From the NCBI GenBank assembly GCA_002269645.1, contig NIVC01001003.1:124001-188000 (forward strand): DNA of 64,000 nucleotides, given 5' to 3'. Position numbers and translations under genes: made by a program. This DNA is from Macrostomum lignano. Its lineage: Eukaryota. The notes under the pieces were generated by a model. It worked only from the letters and a program-made list of their open reading frames with translations. It was not told the origin of the DNA and ran no database searches. This document shows positions 12,375 to 25,744 of this stretch, piece after piece (position 1 is the stretch's first letter; the number at the start of each line of letters is the position of its first letter).

Positions 12375-14270
12375 CTCCAGTGTGTGGATCTAGTGTCTCC
12401 AGGGTGTGGATCTAGTGTCTCGAGTGTGTGGATCTAGTGTCTCCAGTTTGTGGATCTAGTGTCTCCAGGGTATGGATCTAGTGTCTCCAGGGTGTGGATC
12501 TAGTGTCTCCAGGGTGTGGATCTAGTGTCTCCAGGGTGGATCTAGTGTCTCCTGTGTGTGGATCTACAGTGTCTCCGGTGTGTGGATCTAGTGTCTCCAG
12601 GGTGTGGATCTAGTGTCTCCAGGGTGGATCTAGTGTCTCCAGGGTGGATCTAGTGTCTCCAGGGTGGATCTAGTGTCTCCAGGGTGGATCTAGTGTCTCC
12701 TGTGTGTGGATCTACAGTGTCTCCGGTGTGTGGATCTAGTGTCTCCAGTGTGTGGATCTAGTGTCTCCAGGGTGGATCTAGTGTCTCCAGGGTGTGGATC
12801 TAGTGTCTACAGGGTGGATCTAGTGTCTCCAGGGTGGATCTAGTGTCTCCGGTGTGTGGATCTAGTGTCTCCAGGGTGTGGATCTAGTGTCTCCAGGGTG
12901 GATCTAGTGTCTCCAGGGTGTGGATCTAGTGTCTCCAGTGTGTGGATCTAGTGTCTCCTGTGTGTGGATCTAGTGTCTCCAGGGTGGATCTAGTGTCTCC
13001 AGTGTGTGGATCTAGTGTCTCCAGGGTGTGGATCTAGTGTCTCCAGTGTGTGGATCTAGTGTCTCCAGGGTGTGGATCTAGTGTCTCCAGGGTGGATCTA
13101 GTGTCTCCAGTGTGTGGATCTAGTGTCTCCATTGTGTGGATCTAGTGTCTCCAGTGTGTGGATCTAGTGTCTCCAGTGTGTGGATCTAGTGTCTCCAGGG
13201 TGTGGATCTAGTGTCTCCAGTGGGTGGATCTAGTGTCTCCAGTGTGTTGATCTAGTGTCTCCGGGTGTGGATCTAGTGTCTCCAGTGTATTGATCTAGTG
13301 TCTCCGGGTGTGGATCTAGTGTCTCCAGGGTGGATCTAGTGTCTCCGGGTGTGGATCTAGCTCGTACAGTGTCTCCAGTGTGTGGATCTAGTGTCTCCAT
13401 TGTGTGGATCTAGTGTCTCCAGTGTGTGGATCTAGTGTCTCCAGTGTGTGGATCTGGTGTCTCCAGTGGGTGGATCTAGTGTCTCCAGTGTGTTGATCTA
13501 GTGTCTCCGGGTGTGGATCTAGTGTCTCCAGTGTGTTGATCTAGTGTCTCCGGGTGTGGATCTAGTGTCTCCAGTGTGTTGATCTAGTGTCTCCGGGTGT
13601 GGATCTAGTGTCTCCAGGGTGGATCTAGTGTCTCCGGGTGTGGATCTAGCTCGTACAGTGTCTCCAGTGTGTGGATCTAGTGTCTCCATTGTGTGGATCT
13701 AGTGTCTCCATTGTGTGGATCTAGTGTCTCCATTGTGTGGATCTAGTGTCTCCATTGTGTGGATCTAGTGTCTCCAGTGTGTTGATCTAGTGTCTCCGGG
13801 TGTGGATCTAGTGTCTCCAGTGTGTTGATCTAGTGTCTCCGGGTGTGGATCTAGTGTCTCCAGTGTGTTGATCTAGTGTCTCCGGGTGTGGATCTAGTGT
13901 CTCCAGGGTGGATCTAGTGTCTCCGGGTGTGGATCTAGCTCGTACAGTGTCTCCAGTGTGTGGATCTAGTGTCTCCATTGTGTGGATCTAGTGTCTCCAT
14001 TGTGTGGATCTAGTGTCTCCATTGTGTGGATCTAGTGTCTCCATTGTGTGGATCTAGTGTCTCCAGTGTGTTGATCTAGTGTCTCCGGGTGTGGATCTAG
14101 TGTCTCCAGTGTGTTGATCTAGTGTCTCCGGGTGTGGATCTAGTGTCTCCAGGGTGGATCTAGTGTCTCCGGGTGTGGATCTAGCTCGTACAGTGTCTCC
14201 AGTGTGTGGATCTAGTGTCTCCATTGTGTGGATCTAGTGTCTCCATTGTGTGGATCTAGTGTCTCCAGTT
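12375..14270. repeat. 20-22-bp minisatellite (GTGTGGATCTAGTGTCTCCAG(G/T)), ~1.9 kb, with higher-order structure
   Basis: Direct periodicity; variant CTCGTACAG recurs at 13361, 13650, 13939 and 14185. Confidence 0.96.
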
Positions 14271-14769
14271 TGTGAATTTACAGTCTTTCCTTCAACCTGC
14301 GCCTGCAGCGTATATCACACACTATATTGGTGAACCTATTCACCTGACGCATCATCTAAGCGCGACCGTCTGTATATCACCCTTTAGAGGTGAATTTCTG
14401 GCTACGAAGGTACGAGCTATGTCAGATCATGAGATTAAATCAGAACTCATGCCAGACAGACGCGGTGCAAATGCACGCGTTTAAGGCTTGCTTTTAAGTG
14501 CGGAGCAGACATGACGAAATGCTGCATGGATAGAGTTTTGTCACTGGGAATGGTGGCAATGTACTTATACCGCTGTTGCAGTACGCGCCAGGGCTAACCC
14601 CGACAGACATGCAGATATGAGTCACCGCAAGTCAGTATTATAGCTAACCCGAGTCCTTTTGCAACCGCCCCAAAACTCCTCTCTGAGGCTGAGGCTGAGG
14701 CTTTTTCCTCTCAGTAGGCAACGAATTCAGACCTGGATATATTCCTCACTTTATCAAATAAATCTCGAG

Positions 14770-15860
14770 AGAGTGTACCCATGAAGACTTTACCTCGAGA
14801 ATGTATCCATGGATACTTCACCTCGGGAATGTACCCATGAATTAGACTGCACCTTCAGAATGAATGTACCCATAGAGACTTCATCTTCAGAATGTACTCA
14901 TTAGAGACTTCACCTTCAGAATGTATTCATTAGAGACTTCACCTTCAGAATGTACCCATAGATACTTCACCTTCAGAATGTATTCATTAGAGACTTCACC
15001 TTCAGAATGTACCCATAGAGACTTCATCTTCAGAATGTACCCAAAGATACTTCACCTTCAGAATGTACCCATAGAGACTTCACCTTCAGAATGTATTCAT
15101 TAGAGACTTCACCTTCAGAATGTACCCATAGAAACTTTACCTTCAGAATGTAAGCATAGAGACTTCACCTTCAGAATGTACCCATAGATACTTCACCTTC
15201 AGAATGTACCCATAGAGACTTCACCTTCAGAATGTACCCATAGATACTTCACCTTCAGAATGTATTCATTAGAGACTTCACCTTCAGAATGTACCCATAG
15301 AGACTTCACCTTCAGAATGTACCCATAGAGACTTCACCTTCAGAATGTACCCATAGATACTTCACCTTCAGAATGTACCCATAGATACTTCACCTTCAGA
15401 ATGTACCCATAGAGACTTCACCTTCAGAATGTACCCATAGATACTTCACCTTCAGAATGTACCCATAGAGACTTCACCTTCAGAATGTACCCATAGATAC
15501 TTCACCTTCAGAATGTATTCATTAGAGACTTCACCTTCAGAATGTACCCATAGAAACTTCACCTTCAGAATGTACCCATAGAGACTTCACCTTCAGAATG
15601 TACCCATAGAAACTTCACCTTCAGAATGTACCCATAGAGACTTCACCTTCAGAATGTACCCATAGAGACTTCACCTTCAGAATGTACCCATAGAGACTTC
15701 ATCTTCAGAATGTACCCATAGAGACTTCACCTTCAGAATGTACCCATAGAGACTTCACCTTCAGAATGTACCCATAGAGACTTCATCTTCAGAATGTACC
15801 CATAGAGACTTCACCTTCAGAATGTACCCATAGAGACTTTACCTCAAGAATGTACAAGTA
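14770..15860. repeat. 28-bp minisatellite (CTTCACCTTCAGAATGTACCCATAGAGA)
   Basis: Direct periodicity with degenerate flanks. Confidence 0.96.
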
Positions 15861-16329
15861 GACTTCTCGTCAAGAATTTACTAAAAAAGTCTTCACCTCA
15901 AGATTTACCTCGAGAACGTACCCTTGGAGAACTACCATTCACATAGAGAACAAACTCAAGGAGAATCGATAATGTGCTTTGAAATACCTAATTAAGTTGA
16001 CTACTTTGTCCGAAAATCAATGTTCAATAAGCGGATCATTCAACTAATACAATCATCAAATTGTCTCATTCGACTCTCGTTGCGTAAAAATTTCGACCCA
16101 AACAGCTCTAATAGTACGTTCGAGTCTCAAAAAAACTTGAGCTGCTTACAGCCGAAGCGCTGTACATCGGCAGTGCAGAGAGGCGTCACGTGGTTTCCGC
16201 CGCTCGCCCCACACAGCTTGCACGGTGAATTCAATTGTCCCTGCCGCGACAACTATACGAGCTATTAATAGTATAACTGTCTATCCGAAAAATCAGGGAA
16301 TCATAATGCGCTATTCGCTCTACTACGAA

Positions 16330-16585
16330 GTAGTATGATACAAGGAAAACGGTCGATATTTTTATTGTCAAGTATAATTATTGCCACGCGGGGGGGGGAA
16401 GAGTCGCACTGGTCTGAATATTTTAGAGGCATTTTTTTAGCGCCTGACTTGTCTGCCCACGTCGTCTCGTTGTGTTGGCACTCAATTCAAACCGTTGAGG
16501 TTCGCCACACAGGGAATCGAACCCACGGGGGATCTTTGGAGCGAGATGAGGACGCTTTGTACGCTTGCAACTTGCAAACATTCGG
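16330..16585 (-). mobile_element. Possible tRNA-derived SINE fragment
   Basis: Pol III B-box-like GGTTCGATTCCC (rc at ~16512-16523) preceded by an A-box-like AGCGTACAAAGCG; no full cloverleaf seen. Confidence 0.3.
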
Positions 16586-16607
16586 GTAAAGTTCAAGATG
16601 TCTTGGG

Positions 16608-16671
16608 CACAGATACTATAAACATATATACATAGTATAGTATCTATAGTATAGTGTTTTTAGTATCTGTG
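16608..16671. mobile_element. Ultra-short 64-bp MITE with 11-bp TIRs and 8-bp TSD (P/hAT-type)
   Basis: CACAGATACTA ... TAGTATCTGTG; TSD GTCTTGGG at 16600-16607 and 16672-16679. Confidence 0.82.
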
Positions 16672-17494
16672 GTCTTGGGAGCCCTTTCAGGAGCGAGTTT
16701 TCCCCCAGTCGTTTCGGATATTCGGGGTTCGGATATCCCCAGATCAACAGCAGAATTCCTTGCCAGGAAGATCGCATGAACGGATCTCTTAAAGTGTTTG
16801 TTGTTGTATTGAAAGCAGCCTGCAGCGAATGACGGGTCCATTTGTAGAGGAGAGATGGGGAGCAGACTGTGAAACAAGCAGGGAGGAAGAGAGCTAACCA
16901 GCGAGGAAATAAGGGGAGTGGGAAGGAAAAGTGTCAAGGGGAGTTTCGTCCCTTTGGGACCAAGCAATTGGGCGGAGCTGCTGCTGCTGCTGCTGGCTTG
17001 TGCTCACGGGTCGCCGCCTCCAATATACACAGTGAAGAAAGAAGCATTAGCAAGAGCTCACAGAAACGCATATAGACTGAACATTTTTGTTTTTTTTTCC
17101 TTGCCTTTTGTAAGCAAAATTTCTAAAACTTAAAAATTCACTTTAACCAGATTCAATCATTATTGAATCCAACTGCAAAGCTTTGTACGAGTAGAAGAGG
17201 CTAGCGGCGCTGTAATGTCCTGCTCCTGCGGAATCAACACCCTGCCCAGGGCGAGTCGACGCGCATCGTACATCCCGCTGGCCCAGGCGATGCCGGTGTC
17301 AACAACTGGAGAGACTAACTGCTTAACAATGCAGCAGAGGCTGAGAGCTTCATCGTCGCTGACCGGCGATACTTGTACTGAATTGTTCTGGCCGCCTGCT
17401 GGAGTCGAAAGGAACACGGTTGGTTTTTTGCAACTGAGCCTGTTCGAGAAACTGGGAAAATGACTAATGCCTTAATTGGGGGTGCTTACTGGTT

Positions 17495-18045
17495 GGGGAG
17501 TGAGGTGGCTGTCTTATTGAAGGCTGTGGCAGGCTAGGGAGTGAGGCGGCTGTCTTATTGGGGCTGTGGCAGGCTAGGTAGTGAGGTGGTTGTCTTATTG
17601 GGACTGTGGCAGGCTAGGGAGTGAGGCGGCTGTCTAATTGGGGCTGTGGCAGGCTAGGTAGTGAGGTGGTTGTCTTATTGGGACTGTGGCAGGCTAGGGA
17701 GTGAGGCAGCTGTCCTTTTGAAGGCTGTTGCAGGCTAGGGAGTGAGGCGGCTGTCTAATTGGGGCTGTGGCAGGCTAAGGAGTGAGGCGGCTGTCTTATT
17801 GGGGCTGTGACAGGCTAGGGAGTGAGGCGGCTGTCTTATTGGGGCTGTGGCAGGCTATGGAGTGAGGCGGCTGTCTTATTGGGGCTGTGGCAGGCTAGGG
17901 AGTGAGGCGGCTGTCTTATTGGGGCTGTGGCAGGCTAGGGAGTGAGGCGGCTGTCTTATTGGGGCTGTGGCAGGCTAGGGAGTGAGGCGGCTGTCCGATT
18001 GAGGGCTGTGGCTGAGGGCTGTGGGGAGTGAGCTGGCTGTCTTAG
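17495..18045. repeat. 40-bp minisatellite (GGGAGTGAGGCGGCTGTCTTATTGGGGCTGTGGCAGGCTA)
   Basis: Direct periodicity, ~13 copies. Confidence 0.95.
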
Positions 18046-18291
18046 TAAGGGGAAGGTTAGAAATAAGGTGGCTGCCTAACAAAAAATTGGTTATACTTAT
18101 CCATCGATAAGCAATGATTAATCCATCGATTTTTTAGCTGCCATCTCTCACGTGCGGCCAGTCTAACGCGCCCATTGCTCGGCGCAATCAGGCTTGGCTT
18201 GCTAGTAGCAGCGGGTCACTTGCTGCGACAGAAAACTGGGCGGCTGCAGCCTCTGGATTTGGGGTGAGATTGGGCTGATGAGAACAATAGT

Positions 18292-18945
18292 CTCCCAGTC
18301 TCGATGTTCCCAGTCTCCCAGTCCCGATGTTCCCAGTCTCCCAGTCCCGATGTTCCCAGTCTCCCAGTCCCGATGTTCCCAGTCTCCCAGTCCCGATGTT
18401 CCCAGTCTCCCAGTCCCGATACCTTCAGTTCTTCAGTCTCGATATACCCAGTCTTTCAGTCTGGATATCCCCAGTCTCTCAGTCCGGATATCCCCAGTCC
18501 CTCAGTCCGGATATCCCCAGTCTCTCAGTCCGGATATCCTCAGTCTCTCAGTCCGGATATCCTCAGTCTCTCAGTCCGGATATCCCCAGTCTCTCTGTCC
18601 GGATATTCCCAGTCTCTCAGTCCGGATATCCTCAGTCTCTCAGTCCGGATATCCTCAGTCTCTCAGTCCGGATATCCCCAGTCTCTCAGTCCGGATATCC
18701 TCAGTCTCTCAGTCCGGATATCCCCAGTCTCTCAGTCCGGATATTCCCAGTCTCTCAGTCCGGATGTCCCCAGTCTCTCAGTCCGGATATCCTCAGTCTC
18801 TCAGTCCGGATATCCCCAGTCTTTCAGTCCGGATATCCCCAGTCTCTCAGTCCGGATATCCTCAGTCTCTCAGTCCGGATATCCCCAGTCTCTCAGTCCG
18901 GATATCCCCAGTCTTTCAGTCCGGATATCCCCAGTCTCTCTGTCC
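18292..18945. repeat. 23-bp minisatellite (CCCAGTCTCTCAGTCCGGATATC, 5' subtype CCCAGTCTCCCAGTCCCGATGTT)
   Basis: Direct periodicity; open in all three + frames because the unit lacks stops. Confidence 0.95.
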
Positions 18946-19694
18946 CAAAATCCCCATTCGGTTTCTTTCACAAAATTCTCGCTATAATAGACGTGTTGCT
19001 GAAAACACTAGAGAAAGATTTACAACAGATTCCTTTGCGAGCTGTCTGCCTTCCACGAGTTTGGGCATAGAAATTGTCCTGTGCTTTATACACTGCGCTG
19101 CAGAACTTGTATCAAAATAAGTAACCACGCCATCATGCAAAGCAACTTTCTTCCGAGCAGGCGAGCAAGCCAAAATAAAACCGTGGCTGAAACTTTGCTT
19201 CTTTTATCCTGACTTGTAAGCTACTTTGCTTGCCGCTCTCACTTACTTGTGTATGAAAAAGGCGAGCCCAACCCCGTGTCAAGTCGTGTCAAGTCAAACC
19301 CTCGGGGATTCGGGGGCCAGCGGGCCAGCATGGGTGATGGAAGGCCGACCAGATTTTACCCAATTAATTAGGGATTTTCGTCGGACTCGAACTCTCGGCT
19401 GGAGAAAAGAAAACTGGGCGATTCCCCGTCAGTCGCTTTGCTGCAAAGCTCGGGTAGCTCAGGCGGAGATTAGAGAAGCGTGTTTACTAATAATAAGATC
19501 GAACGCAGCAAGGGTGCAGGCTGGTTCTGGTAGAGTTTAATACGACCGTAAAACTTTTACGATGTCAATTTTTTCACCAAACCTGAATCTTCACGAATCT
19601 TCAGGAAACGGTAGAATTTTCACGAACACGCCTTTTAAGAAACGTGAATCTTCAGAATCCCAAAAACGAATCGAAAACTTCCCTAACCAGAATC

Positions 19695-20185
19695 TAAACC
19701 AAGCCCGAATCTTCACAAACCCGAATCTTCACAAACCCGAATCTTCACAAACCCGAATCTTCACAAACCCGAATCTTCACAACCTGAATCTTCACAAACC
19801 CGAATCTTCACAAACTCGAATCTTCACAAACCCGAATCTTCACAACCTGAATCTTCACAAACCCGAATCTTCACAAACCCGAATCTTCACAAACCCGAAT
19901 CTTTACAAACCCGAATCTTCACAATTCAGAATCTTCACAATTCAGAATCTTCACAAACCCGAATCTTCACAAACCCGAATCTTCACAAACCCGAATATTC
20001 ACAAACCCGAATCTTCACAAACCCGAATCTTCACAAACCCGAATCTTCACAAACCCGAATCTTCACAAACCCGAATCTTCACAAACCCGAATCTTCACAA
20101 ACCCGAATCTTTGCGAACCGAAGCTTCACAAGCCCGAAATCTTCATAAATCAGAATCTTCACAAACCTGAAACTTTACAGACCCG
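19695..20185. repeat. 16-bp minisatellite (ACAAACCCGAATCTTC)
   Basis: Direct periodicity. Confidence 0.95.
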
Positions 20186-20654
20186 AATCCTAACCTACTC
20201 GAATCTCTCTACTCTCTCTTCGTCCCTCTACCCTCTTGCTACCATCTCTTTACCCTCTCTAAAATCTATCTCTCCTGCCTTTTCTCTAGCCTCTTTACCT
20301 AATTCCTATCTCCCCTCGTACCTTTACCAGTGATATCATCCCTTAAATTTTCTCTCCCGAATTCAGGAGACATAGGAAAATCTGCAAAACTGAATTCCTT
20401 ATTCTCTCAGGGTTTAAAAGTACAGCGCGGGGTGTAAAACTGAGGGGCCCGCAACGCGACAGTTAAGCAACCGGCGCACTACAGTATTAAGTTTCTTTCC
20501 GAGCTGTCGGGATGGGGGCACGGTTCATACCGGATTGCGCGTCTCGTCTGGTGGAGTTTGAGAGGATTAGGGATGAGCACAGCGGCTGTGGGGACGATGG
20601 CGGGTTGCTAACCTTGCTTGCTTTAAATAGAGCTTTGGGAATGTGTCAACCGAC

Positions 20655-21801
<1,147 letters not shown>

Positions 21802-22361
21802 AATGTCGCGGATCCTACCTTATTCCCGCAGCCCCATTACATACTAACAATCTATTCCAACAATAGTTGGCACCCATCCATTCATCAGCAGAGTTTGCGT
21901 AACGGTAGCATTTTGCCCCTATAGTGGAAGGGAAACACTTGAAGAACTTTTGAATTCAGCAGCAGCCGGCAGAAGCAGCTAGAGATTGCCAGAGCAGGAA
22001 AATCCTTGTCGGAGAGAGCCAAGCAAGGGCTCAGTCTCCTAATTTGTCATTTTGGCGTGCTTGAATGGCGCCAGGTGCTGCAGAGCAGCTCTGAATGAAT
22101 AATCAGCCTCTTCTTGCAGGATGAGCTGCGTCCGATAAGAGGGTGCAGACGCAATCCTAAGTGGAGGAGGAGCGGTGGGAGGGGCTGGCCCAGGGCGCCA
22201 AACGCACCATTGTTTTCTTGGCTTTTCAATTGTCTGCTTTTCCACCGTCTCACCGCTTGGGAGCGAAGGGCGGGGCAGGCGGACGCTGAATTGGCCTGAG
22301 CTGTCAGTCTGAGCTGGCACACGCCAATCAAGGAGTAGGGGCTGGACTTTAAGCGACTGTA

Positions 22362-22990
22362 GGTGCTGTGACCCCAGCTCACTCCAATCCGATCGGTGCT
22401 GTGACCCCAGCTCACTCCAATCCGATCGGTGCTGTGACCCCAGCTCACTCCACTCCGATCGGTGCTGTGACCCCAGCTCACTCCACTCCGATCGGTGCTG
22501 TGACCCCAGCTCACTCCACTCCGATTGGTGTTGTGACCTCAGCTCACTCCACTCCGATCGGTGCTGTGACCTCAGCTCACTCCACTCCGATCGGTGCTGT
22601 GACCCCAGCTCACTCCACTCCGATCGGTGCTGTGACCCCAGCTCACTCCACTCCGATCGGTGCTGTGACCTCAGCTCACTCCACTCCGATCGGTGCTGTG
22701 ACCCCAGCTCACTCCAATCCGATCGGTGCTGTGACCCCAGCTCACTCCACTCCGATTGGTGTTGTGACCCCAGCTCACTCCACTCCGATTGGTGTTGTGA
22801 CCCCAGCTCACTCCACTCCGATCGGTGTTGTGACCCCAGCTCACTCCAATCCGATCGGTGTTGTGACCCCAGCTCACTCCACTCCGATCGGTGTTGTGAC
22901 CCCAGCTCACTCCCACTCCGATCGGTGTTGTGACCTCAGCTCACTGCAACCCAATCGGTGATGGAACTCCAGCTCACTGCAACCCAATGG
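22362..22990. repeat. 33-bp minisatellite (GTGACCCCAGCTCACTCCACTCCGATCGGTGCT) abutting the M13-like start
   Basis: ~18 copies; the last two degenerate copies merge into the M13-like ORF. Confidence 0.95.
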
Positions 22991-23906
22991 TGCACTCGCT
23001 GAACCCACAGACGCAAGCCCGGAACTTCCCTCCAGTACCTCTCGGACTTCGTCGCCAGTTTGGCACCTCGCCAGCCATCGCGTCCTTGGCGACGACCTCT
23101 GGCAGCATGACAACGGCCGCTACGTCGCTTCGAGGACCAGACGAGCGTCTACTGATACCGTCGCTGACTGCCGAGAGGCAACGTCGGGCGCGTCTGCAAC
23201 GTGGCACCAACGCTCCTAGTAACGATGAGGAGTGCTGGCCTCTTCTGGCAGTCAGCTTGACGCTTTGTGCCGTCTCCCTGCTGCTGCTGGCCATCGGAGG
23301 CCTTTTTCTTGGCGTCCACCTTCGACAGCGATCTCGCGGGTCCCCACCTTCTCCAAACGAATCAACCGTCTCGCCAGAAGCGGCGGCTGCAGCGGCGGCG
23401 GAGGCTGAAACAGCTGATTCATCAACTGCGGTCACTTGGCAGCCGGCATCTACAAGCCAACCTCCTGGATCGACATCAGCTGACATCAAGGATTCGTACA
23501 GTAGAAAATTCGAATACGGCTTTGACTATGACGTCATGGGAGCGAGGATTCGAGCTCTAATAGACAGGCGCGTCAGGCCTTGCGACAATTTTCATAATTT
23601 CGCGTGCGGTCGCCTCGGTGAGTACCTGGACGACTCTGCCCACCGATTTCAGCTGCCACGGGCCAGCGACCTGCTCCAGCTGGCCGGAGTTCGGCTTCGT
23701 TCCGAGGTAAAGATTGCCATGGAAACCGGCGCCGCGCCGCCGAGTCTGATGACGGCTTATCAACGCTGCATAATCTCTGGCAGCTCAACTGGCGCCTGCT
23801 TGCGCGCCCTGATCTGGTCAGCGCCGGAAGCGGTCAAGTCATTGACGCAAGCTCACCAGCTCAATGTGACCGCGCTCCATATGTCGTTGTCAGATCTGTT
23901 CGCCAG
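22987..23906 (+). CDS. Neprilysin/M13 peptidase-like type II membrane protein (pseudo-peptidase), exon 1
   Basis: Cytoplasmic N-terminus, TM (WPLLAVSLTLCAVSLLLLAIGGLFLGVHL), stalk, then IDRRVRPCDNFHNFACG matching the M13 N-terminal PCxDFYxFACG motif. AG|GTGAGT donor, phase 2. The start codon choice (ATG 22987) is uncertain. Confidence 0.8.
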
Positions 23907-24252
23907 GTGAGTGAGAACGGCAGCTACCTCTGTAGCAACAGCTCCTATAACCTGACGCTGCACAACTCACTTAATTCACTTCCTTGGGCCATCCTAATTC
24001 CAACAAGTTTGTACTTAATCACGGAGCGAGGATGGAGGAACGGTAAGGCGTCCTTATCCTCGCACCTAAGCTCTAGGGCTCGGTTCTGACTCTGTCAAAG
24101 CATAAGGCTAGAAAACCAAACAAGAGCATGCCATCAACTGAATGCCACGAGCCACGAGTCATCAAACTGAAACAACCTACCTCCAGCTCTCCAGCCCCCA
24201 AGCCCTCAGCAATTCACCCGACTCATTTTTTATGCTGCCGCAAAACATGCAG

Positions 24253-25069
24253 AGTAGTTTCGGAGCTCCGCAACCTGGTCGCCGCTTCACCCTCGCTGAC
24301 CGGCCACACCCGCCGCTGGATGGACTCGCGCCTATCCCGCCTCTACCTGTACGTGGACTCTGTCGGCAATGGCGGCGCAGCGCCCGCGTCTCTGTCCGCC
24401 AGAATTTTATTCGCCATCAGAGGCGCAAGCGCAGACGAAAGCATCAGCAACGAAACTCATAGCCGATGTCGCAGCGAGTCCTGCAGAACCAGCTCGCCAG
24501 ACTGGTCGTTCGGCTCCGCGTGCATCTGCCTGAGCAATTCCAGCGAAGCGGACATCGCCGTGTCCCTGTCCGCCCTCCGGCCGGAGCTCTACTCGCCCGG
24601 CCTGCCGTCGTCTCTGGCGCACGCCTTCATGGGCGCCAGGCTGGCCGAGGCGGCGTTCGGCGCCGTCGGGCCCGCGCACCGGCGCCGGTACTACTCTACG
24701 GAGAGCGAGGCGCGCGCCTCGGCCGCCGTCGGCTGTCTCAACCGGCAACTCCGGCTGCCATCGGGTGGCCGATCGTTGACCAGGAGCGTCGCCAGCCTCG
24801 CCGGCCTGAGAGCGGCGCTGGCGGCTTTTCTGCGGCCTGATGGTGGCCGCCGCCAGGCTGAGCCAATAGAGCTGGCCGAGTTCTTCATCAACTGGGCGCA
24901 GACTCAGTGCTCGCTGGCCGACGCCTCCGCAGTAGAGAAGTTGATCAACTGGGCTGTCGTCGAATCGTCCGATTTGGCAGCTGACGCGTTTGCGAGAGCT
25001 TTCAACTGCAGCAGTGAGGACGCTATGACGCCTGCGGCTGGTCGGGAAGAGCTTTGCCGATTTCCCTGA
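24253..25069 (+). CDS. Neprilysin/M13-like protein, exon 2 (catalytic-domain homolog lacking HExxH)
   Basis: catgcag|A acceptor matches phase 2. LRPELYSPGLPSSLAHAFMG, FFINWAQTQC and FARAFNC..AM.P...C match M13 C-terminal motifs. Confidence 0.8.
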
Positions 25070-25744
25070 CAGATTCTATTAGTTGTAGATTCCTCTCTAA
25101 CGAGTAGCTCAACGGTTACCCCGCCAAAGTGCACTTGGCCGACCGAAAAGATGACGAAAAAGCCAGGGCCGCTGCACACCTTGTGTGTGAATACGTTCCT
25201 GCGTACGAATCTGTGCTCAGGGGTCAGCCTCGAGTTTAAGTTCTCCAGGAAAGCATAACAGCTTTTCAATATCCGATTCTCCAGTTTAACTAGAACCTTG
25301 CAGAGCCACTCTCTGAGGTGTCAAAATTTACATCGCAGCCTGAAGGACGTTCGGGATATTCAAAACAATGATTGTATAGCTGTACTAATTATATTTAGTT
25401 TTAGATTAACATTTTTTGGCCTCCCTTCATTATTTATCAGCCTGATCGCGCCTAACTTCATATCAAGTGTGTGACCAGTTTTTTTTCATGAGAGAATATA
25501 AGCTATCTTCCGTCCATCAGGTCCTGAGCATTCAAATTTATTCTGTATATTCAAATCTCATCTCATAATCGTACACCGATAAGTATATTACTCCTAATTG
25601 TTTGGTGCGTGCACTCGTAAATTTTGTGTGGTATTACAGTTGTAATCAATATCTGCATTGTAAATTGAACAATTTATGACTTTTATACAATTACAAGCTT
25701 CGAATACTGTGTACCAGAGTTGACGTACGCAGCCCCTCTCACAT

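Noticed and set aside
10045-15860. Repeat arrays as CRISPR-like loci
   Set aside because: Units are head-to-tail with no unique spacers, there are no cas genes, and the context is eukaryotic.
16505-16585. Functional tRNA gene
   Set aside because: Only a B-box-like motif is clear; no acceptor stem or anticodon arm could be folded.
16644-17463. ORFs 16644..16967 (-), 17160..17417 (-) and 17215..17463 (+)
   Set aside because: No recognisable motif or consistent splice structure; cannot be supported as genes.
22039-22360. GC-rich minus-strand ORFs upstream of the 33-bp array
   Set aside because: Two frames are equally open and neither shows a family motif.
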